NCBI GenBank assembly: GCA_964016885.1
Contig: OZ024741.1
Coordinates: 258,044,001 to 258,108,000 of the forward strand
Length of the DNA stretch: 64,000 bases
Direction: 5' to 3'
From: Eledone cirrhosa
Taxonomy: Eukaryota
In this document: positions 56,701-64,000 of the stretch, piece by piece
Layout: the number at the start of each line of letters is the position of its first letter
How positions within the stretch are numbered: position 1 is the first letter of the stretch
Translations under genes and position numbers: made by a program
Notes under the pieces: model-generated
What the model saw: only the letters and a program-made list of their open reading frames with translations
The model's database searches: none
Told to the model about the DNA's origin: nothing

Positions 56701-57292
56701 ACGAGTGTTTCGACTTACGCGTGTTTCGACTTACGAGTGTTTCGACTTACGAGTGTTTCGACTTACGAGTGTTTCGACTTACGAGTGTTCTGACTTACGA
56801 GTGTTCTGACTTACGAGTGTTTCGACTTACGAGTGTTCTGACTTAGGAGTGTTCTGACTTACGAGTGGTCCGACTCACGAGTGTTTCGACTTACGAGTGT
56901 TTCGACTTACGAGTGTTTCGACTTACGAGTGTTTCGGCTGACGAGTGTTTTGACTTACGAGTGTTCTGACTACGAATGTTCTGACTTACGAGTGTTTCGG
57001 CTTATGAGTGTTTCGACTTACGAGTGTTTCGGCTTATGAGTGTTTCGACTTACGAGTGTTTCGGCTTACGAGTGTTTCGACTTACGAGTGTTTCGACTTA
57101 CGAGTGTTTTGACTTACTGGTGTTTTGACATACGAGTGTTTCGATACGAGTGTTTCGACTTACGAGTGTTCTGACTTACGAGTGATCTAACTTACGAGTG
57201 TTCTGACTTACGAGTGTTCTGACTTACGAGTGTTCCGACTTGCGAGTGTTTCGGCTCACGAGTGTTTCGGCTTACGAGTGTTTCGACTTACG

Positions 57293-57372
57293 AAAATAAC
57301 AAATAGACGCGGTTTCAAATCTCTATGCTTTTCAAATTCATTACATTAATCTTTATTTATACGTTTCGCTTT
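57293..57372 (+). repeat. AT-rich island, copy 32
   Basis: Direct match to island consensus. Confidence 0.97.
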
Positions 57373-58105
57373 ACGAGTGTTTCGACTTACGAGTGTTTCG
57401 ACTTACGAGTGTTTCGGCTTACGAGTGTTTCGACTTACGAGTGTTTCGACTTACGAGTGTTTTGACTTACTGGTGTTTTGACATACGAGTGTTTCGATAC
57501 GAGTGTTTCGACTTACGAGTGTTCTGACTTACGAGTGTTCTGACTTACGAGTGTTTCGACTTACGAGTGTTCTGACTTAGGAGTGTTCTGACTTACGAAT
57601 GTTCCGACTTACGAGTGTTTCGACTTACGAGTGTTTTGACTTACGAGTGTTTCGACTTACGAGTGTTTCGGCTTACGAGTGTTTTGACTTACGAGTGTTC
57701 TGACTACGAGTGTTCTGACTTACGAGTGTTTCGGCTTATGAGTGTTTCGACTTACGAGTGTTTCGGCTTATGAGTGTTTCGACTTACGAGTGTTTCGGCT
57801 TACGAGTGTTTCGACTTACGAGTGTTTCGACTTACGAGTGTTTCGACTTACGGGTGTTTCGACTTACGAGTGTTTCGACTACGAGTGTTTCGACTTACGA
57901 GTGTTTCGACTTACGAGTGTTTCGACATACGGGTGTTTCGACTTACGGTGTTTCGGCTTACGAGTGTTTCGATACGAGTGTTCTGACTTACGAGTGTTCT
58001 GACTTACTAGTGTTCTGACTTACGAGTGTTCTGACTTACGAGTGTTCCGACTTTACGAGTGTTTCGGCTCACGAGTGTTTCGGCTTACGAGTGTTTCGAC
58101 TTACG

Positions 58106-58185
58106 AAAATAACAAATAGACGCGGTTTCAAATCTCTATGCTTTTCAAATTCATTACATTAATCTTTATTTATACGTTTCGCTTT
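58106..58185 (+). repeat. AT-rich island, copy 33
   Basis: Direct match to island consensus. Confidence 0.97.
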
Positions 58186-60750
58186 ACGAGTGTTTCGACT
58201 TACGAGTGTTTCGACATACGAGTGTTTCGGCTTACGAGTGTTTTGATTTACGAGTGTTTTGACTTACGGGTGCTTCGACTTACGCGTGTTTGGACTTACG
58301 AGTGTTTCGACTTACGAGTGTTTCGACTTACGAGTGATTCGACTTACGAATGTTTTGACTTACGGGTGTTTCGGCTTGCGAGTGTTTCGACTTACGAGTG
58401 TTTCGGCTTATGAGTGTTTCGACTTACTAATGTTTTTACTTACGAGTGTTTCGGCGTACGAGTGTTTTGACTTACGAGTGTTTCGACTTACGAGTGTTTT
58501 GACTTACGATTGTTTCGGCTTACGAGTGTTTCGACTTACGAGTGTTCTGACTACGAGTGTTCTGACTTACGGGTGTTCTGACTTACGAGTGTTCCGACTT
58601 ACGAGTGTTTCGGCTTATGAGTGTTTCGACTTACGAGTGCTTCGACTTACGAGTGTTTCGGCTTACGGGTGTTTCGACTTACGAATGTTTTTGCTTACGA
58701 GTGTTTAGGCTTACGAGTGTTTCGGCTTATGAGTGTTTCGAATTACGAGTGTTTTGACTTACGGGTGTTTTGACATACGAGTGTTTCGATACGAGTGTTC
58801 TGACTTACGAGTGTTTCCGCTTACGAGTGTTTCGGCTTACGAGTGTTTCGACTTACTAATGTTTTTACTTACGAGTGTTTCGGTGTACGAGTGTTTCGAC
58901 TTAAGGATGTTTCGACTTACAAGTGTTTCGACTTACGAGTGTTTCGACTTACGAGTGTTTTGGCTTACGAATGTTTTGACTTACGTATGTTTCGACTTAC
59001 GGGTGTTTCGGCTTACGAGTGTTTCGACTTACGAGTGTTTTGACTTACGAGTGTTCTGACTTACGAGTGTTCTGACTTATGAGTGTTCCGACTTACGAGT
59101 GTTCCGACTTACGAGTGTTTCGGCTTACGAATGTTTCGGCTTACGAGTGTCTCGGCTTACGAGTGTTTTGACTTACGAGTGTTCTGACTACGAGTGTTCT
59201 GACTTACGGGTGTTCTGACTTACGAGTGTTCCGACTTACGAGTGTTTCGGCTTATGAGTGTTTCGACTTACGGGCGTTTCGACGTACGGGTGTTTCGACT
59301 TACGAGTGTTTTGACTTACGAGTTTTCTGACTTACGAGTGTTCTGACTTACGAGTGTTCCGACTTACGACTGTTTCGACTTACGAGTGTTTTGACTTAAG
59401 AGTATTCCGACTTACGAGTGTTTCGGCTTACGGGTGTTTCGACGTACGAGTATTTTTGGCTTACGAGTGTTTCGACTTACTAATGTTTTTACTTACGAGT
59501 GTTTCGGCTTACGAGTGTTTCGACTTACGAGTATTTCGACTTACGAGTGTTTTGACTTATGGGTGTTTTGACATACGAGTGTTTCGATACGAATGCTCTG
59601 ACTTACGAGTGTTCTGACTTACGAGTGTTCTGACTTACGAGTGTTCTGACTTACGGGTGTTCTGACTTACGTGTGTTCCGACTTACGAGTGTTTCGGCTA
59701 TGGGTGTTTCGACTTACGAGTGTTTCGACTTACGAGTGTTTTGACTTACGGTGTTTCGGCTTACGAGTGTTTCGACTTACGAATGTTTTGGCTTACAGTG
59801 TTTCGGCTTACGGGTGTTTCGACTTACGAGTGTTTCGACTTACGAGTGTTTTGACTTACGGTGTTTCGGCTTACGAGTTATTCGACATACGAGTGTTTCG
59901 ACTTACGGGTGTTTCGACTTACGGGTGTTTCGACTTACGAGTGTTTCGATTTATGAGTGTTTCGACTTACGAGTGTTCTGACTTACGAGTGTTCTGACTT
60001 ACGAGTGTTCCGACTTACGAGTGTTTCGGTTTACGATTGTTTCGACACACGAGTGTTTTGACTTACGGGGGTTTCGACTTACGGGTGTTTCGACTTACCA
60101 GTGTTTCGGCTTACGAGTGTTTCGACTTACTAATGTTTTTACTTACGAGTGTTTCGGTGTACGAGTGTTTCGACTTAAGGATGTTTCGACTTACGAGTGT
60201 TTCGACTTACGAGTGTTTCGGCTTACGTGAGTTTCGACTTAAGAGTGTTTTGACTTACGGGTGTTGTGAATTACGAGTGTTCCGATTTACGAGTGCTTTG
60301 ACTTACGGTGTTTCGGCTTACGAGTGTTTTGACTTACGAGTGTTCTGACTACGAGTGTTCTGACTTACGAGTGTTTCGGCTTATGAGTGTTTCGACTTAC
60401 GAGTGTTTCGGCTTATGAGTGTTTCGACTTACGAGTGTTTCGGCTTACGAGTGTTTCGACTTACGAGTGTTTCGACTTACGAGTGTTTCGACTTACGGGT
60501 GTTTCGACTTACGAGTGTTTCGACTACGAGTGTTTCGACTTACGAGTGTTTCGACTAACGAGTGTTTCGACATACGGGTGTTTCGACTTACGGTGTTTCG
60601 GCTTACGAGTGTTTCGATACGAGTGTTCTGACTTACGAGTGTTCTGACTTACTAGTGTTCTGACTTACGAGTGTTCTGACTTACGAGTGTTCCGACTTTA
60701 CGAGTGTTTCGGCTCACGAGTGTTTCGGCTTACGAGTGTTTCGACTTACG

Positions 60751-60830
60751 AAAATAACAAATAGACGCGGTTTCAAATCTCTATGCTTTTCAAATTCATT
60801 ACATTAATCTTTATTTATACGTTTCGCTTT
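60751..60830 (+). repeat. AT-rich island, copy 34
   Basis: Direct match to island consensus. Confidence 0.97.
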
Positions 60831-63800
60831 ACGAGTGTTTCGACTTACGAGTGTTTCGACATACGAGTGTTTCGGCTTACGAGTGTTTTGATTTACGAGT
60901 GTTTTGACTTACGGGTGCTTCGACTTACGCGTGTTTGGACTTACGAGTGTTTCGACTTACGAGTGTTTCGACTGACGAGTGATTCGACTTACGAATGTTT
61001 TGACTTACGGGTGTTTCGGCTTGCGAGTGTTTCGACTTACGAGTGTTTCGGCTTATGAGTGTTTCGACTTACTAATGTTTTTACTTACGAGTGTTTCGGC
61101 GTACGAGTGTTTTGACTTACGAGTGTTTCGACTTACGAGTGTTTTGACTTACGATTGTTTCGGCTTACGAGTGTTTCGACTTACGAGTGTTCTGACTACG
61201 AGTGTTCTGACTTACGGGTGTTCTGACTTACGAGTGTTCCGACTTACGAGTGTTTCGGCTTATGAGTGTTTCGACTTACGAGTGCTTCGACTTACGAGTG
61301 TTTCGGCTTACGGGTGTTTCGACTTACGAATGTTTTTGCTTACGAGTGTTTAGGCTTACGAGTGTTTCGGCTTATGAGTGTTTCGAATTACGAGTGTTTT
61401 GACTTACGGGTGTTTTGACATACGAGTGTTTCGATACGAGTGTTCTGACTTACGAGTGTTTCCGCTTACGAGTGTTTCGGCTTACGAGTGTTTCGACTTA
61501 CTAATGTTTTTACTTACGAGTGTTTCGGTGTACGAGTGTTTCGACTTAAGGATGTTTCGACTTACAAGTGTTTCGACTTACGAGTGTTTCGACTTACGAG
61601 TGTTTTGGCTTACGAATGTTTTGACTTACGTATGTTTCGACTTACGGGTGTTTCGGCTTACGAGTGTTTCGAATTACGAGTGTTTTGACTTACGAGTGTT
61701 CTGACTTACGAGTGTTCTGACTTATGAGTGTTCCGACTTACGAGTGTTCCGACTTACGAGTGTTTCGGCTTACGAGTGTTTCGGCTTACGAGTGTTTCGG
61801 CTTACGAGTGTTTTGACTTACGAGTGTTCTGACTACGAGTGTTCTGACTTACGGGTGTTCTGACTTACGAGTGTTCCGACTTACGAGTGTTTCGGCTTAT
61901 GAGTGTTTCGACTTACGGGCGTTTCGACGTACGGGTGTTTCGACTTACGAGTGTTTTGACTTACGAGTTTTCTGACTTACGAGTGTTCTGACTTACGAGT
62001 GTTCCGACTTACGACTGTTTCGACTTACGAGTGTTTTGACTTAAGAGTATTCCGACTTACGAGTGTTTCGGCTTACGGGTGTTTCGACGTACGAGTATTT
62101 TTGGCTTACGAGTGTTTCGACTTACTAATGTTTTTACTTACGAGTGTTTCGGCTTACGAGTGTTTCGACTTACGAGTATTTCGACTTACGAGTGTTTTGA
62201 CTTATGGGTGTTTTGACATACGAGTGTTTCGATACGAATGCTCTGACTTACGAGTGTTCTGACTTACGAGTGTTCTGACTTACGAGTGTTCTGACTTACG
62301 GGTGTTCTGACTTACGTGTGTTCCGACTTACGAGTGTTTCGGCTATGGGTGTTTCGACTTACGAGTGTTTCGACTTACGAGTGTTTTGACTTACGGTGTT
62401 TCGGCTTACGAGTGTTTCGACTTACGAATGTTTTGGCTTACGAGTGTTTCGGCTTACGGGTGTTTCGACTTACGAGTGTTTCGACTTACGAGTGTTTTGA
62501 CTTACGGTGTTTCGGCTTACGAGTTATTCGACATACGAGTGTTTCGACTTACGGGTGTTTCGACTTACGGGTGTTTCGACTTACGAGTGTTTCGATTTAT
62601 GAGTGTTTCGACTTACGAGTGTTCTGACTTACGAGTGTTCTGACTTACGAGTGTTCCGACTTACGAGTGTTTCGGTTTACGAGTGTTTCGACACACGAGT
62701 GTTTTGACTTACGGGGGTTTCGACTTACGGGTGTTTCGACTTACCAGTGTTTCGGTTTACGAGTGTTTCGACTTACTAATGTTTTTACTTACGAGTGTTT
62801 CGGTGTACGAGTGTTTCGACTTAAGGATGTTTCGACTTACGAGTGTTTCGACTTACGAGTGTTTCGGCTTACGTGAGTTTCGACTTAAGAGTGTTTTGAC
62901 TTACGGGTGTTGTGAATTACGAGTGTTCCGATTTACGAGTGTTTTGACTTACGGTGTTTCGGCTTACGAGTTATTCGACTTACGAATGTTTTGACTTACG
63001 GGTGTTTTGGCTTGCGAGTGTTTCGACTTACGAGTGTTTCGGCTTATGAGTGTTTCGACTTAAGGGTGTTTCGACTTACGAGTGTTTCGACTTACGAGTG
63101 TTTCGACTTACGAGTGCTTCGACTTACGAGTGTTTCGGCTTACGGGTGTTTCGACTTACGAATGTTTTTGCTTACGAGTGTTTCGGCTTACGAGTGTTTC
63201 GGCTTATCAGTGTTTCGAATTACGAGTGTTTTGACTTACGGGTGTTTTGACATACGAGTGTTTCGATACGAGTGTTCTGACTTACGAGTGTTTCCGCTTA
63301 CGAGTGTTTCGACTTACTAATGTTTTTACTTACGAGTGTTTCGACTTAAGGATGTTTCGACTTACGAGTGTTTCGACTTACGAGTGTTTCGACTTACGAG
63401 TGTTTCGACTTACGAGTGTTTTGGCTTACAAATGTTTTGACTTACGGGTGTTTCGACTTACGGGTGTTTCGGCTTACGAGTGTTTCGACTTACGAGTGTT
63501 TTGACTTACGAGTGTTCTGACTTACGAGTGTTCTGACTTATGAGTGTTCTGACTTACGAGTGTTCCGACTTACGAGTGTTTCGGCTTACGAGTGTTTCGG
63601 CTTACGAGTGTTTCGGCTTACGAGTGTTTTGACTTACGAGTGTTCTGACTACGAGTGTTCTGACTTACGGGTGTTCTGACTTACGAGTGTTCCGACTTAC
63701 GAGTGTTTCGGCTTATGAGTGTTTCGACTTACGGGCGTTTCGACTTACGGGTGTTTCGACTTACGAGTGTTTTGACTTACGAGTGTTCTGACTTACGAGT

Positions 63801-64000
63801 GTTCTGACTTACGAGTGTTCCGACTCACGACTGTTTCGACTTACGAGTGTTTTGACTTACGAGTATTCCGACTTACGAGTGTTTCGGCTTACGGGTGTTT
63901 CGACGTACGAGTATTTTTGGCTTACGAGTGTTTCGACTTACGAGTGTTTTGAATTACGATTGTTTCGGCTTACGAGTGTTTCGACTTACGAGTATTTCGA

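Larger units (their letters stand above)
38808..60098 (+). repeat. Large tandem block duplication (~38808-49790 and ~49803-60098; offsets 10995 then 10308 bp)
   Basis: ORF series offset by 10995 (38954/49949 ... 42823/53818) then 10308 (44402/54710 ... 49713/60021); five islands per copy. Confidence 0.93.
57663..62971 (+). repeat. Tandem block duplication, period 2645-2646 bp
   Basis: ORF series offset by 2645 (57742/60387, 58138/60783, 59671/62316) then 2646 (60021/62667). Confidence 0.92.
1..64000 (+). repeat. 16-bp tandem satellite array (consensus GACTTACGAGTGTTTC), extends beyond both window ends
   Basis: Monomer visible on every line, head-to-tail, one orientation. Common variants: TTCG>TTTG/TCTG/TCCG, CGAC>CGGC, ACGAG>ACGGG/ATGAG/ACGAA, plus 14-bp (GATACG), 15-bp (GACTACG; TTACGGTG) and 17-bp (GACTTTACG; TTTCCGGC) units. 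Confidence 0.99.

Noticed and set aside
6191-60830. CRISPR array (constant island containing GTTTCAAAT/ATTTGAAAC, reminiscent of CRISPR repeat ends)
   Set aside because: The constant unit is ~80 bp, the intervening DNA is 0.3-6.8 kb of satellite rather than unique 25-45 bp spacers, and there is no leader or cas gene.
336-63504. Hundreds of + strand ORFs encoding the repeat RVFRLTSVSTYECFDL
   Set aside because: The consensus 16-mer has no + strand stop and 16 mod 3 = 1, so all three frames give the same 16-aa repeat until a TTTGA/TCTGA variant creates TGA. The minus strand has TAA in each monomer, which explains the absence of minus ORFs. Frameshifting 14/15/17-bp monomers are common and there is no sign of coding constraint.
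1-64000. Telomerase-made long telomeric repeat (G/T-rich strand; variants GGTGTACG and TACGGATGT recall budding-yeast telomere cores)
   Set aside because: Those strings are minor variants. The consensus lacks G-runs, and the >64-kb length, heritable variant blocks and multi-kb duplications indicate recombinational satellite evolution. A subtelomeric location is not excluded.
1-64000. Pure sequencing or assembly artefact
   Set aside because: Variant patterns are reproducible and hierarchically shared with independent SNPs and indels between blocks, unlike random error. Individual near-identical duplications still need read-level confirmation.

Overview
The whole 64-kb window is one uninterrupted, single-orientation tandem satellite array built on a 16-bp monomer (consensus GACTTACGAGTGTTTC, two CpGs per monomer), with many recurrent point and 14/15/17-bp variants. 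It is punctuated by 34 near-identical copies of an ~80-bp AT-rich island (AAAATAACAAATAGACGCGGTTTCAAATCTCTATGCTTTTCAAATTCATTACATTAATCTTTATTTATACGTTTCGCTTT), all in the same orientation, at irregular 388-6855 bp spacing. Superimposed are nested, near-identical block duplications (periods about 1.55, 2.65, 3.9, 5.2 and 10.3-11.0 kb), island-deleted 'empty' sites, and one templated-insertion-like event. No credible protein gene, RNA gene or CRISPR array is present. All listed ORFs are artefacts of a stop-free + strand monomer. The architecture fits eukaryotic satellite/heterochromatin, but the organism cannot be identified from the sequence. The main leads are the composite satellite-plus-island organisation and a possible origin of the monomer from pogo/Tigger-type transposon-end repeats; both are unverified inferences. 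Counts and coordinates were read by eye.
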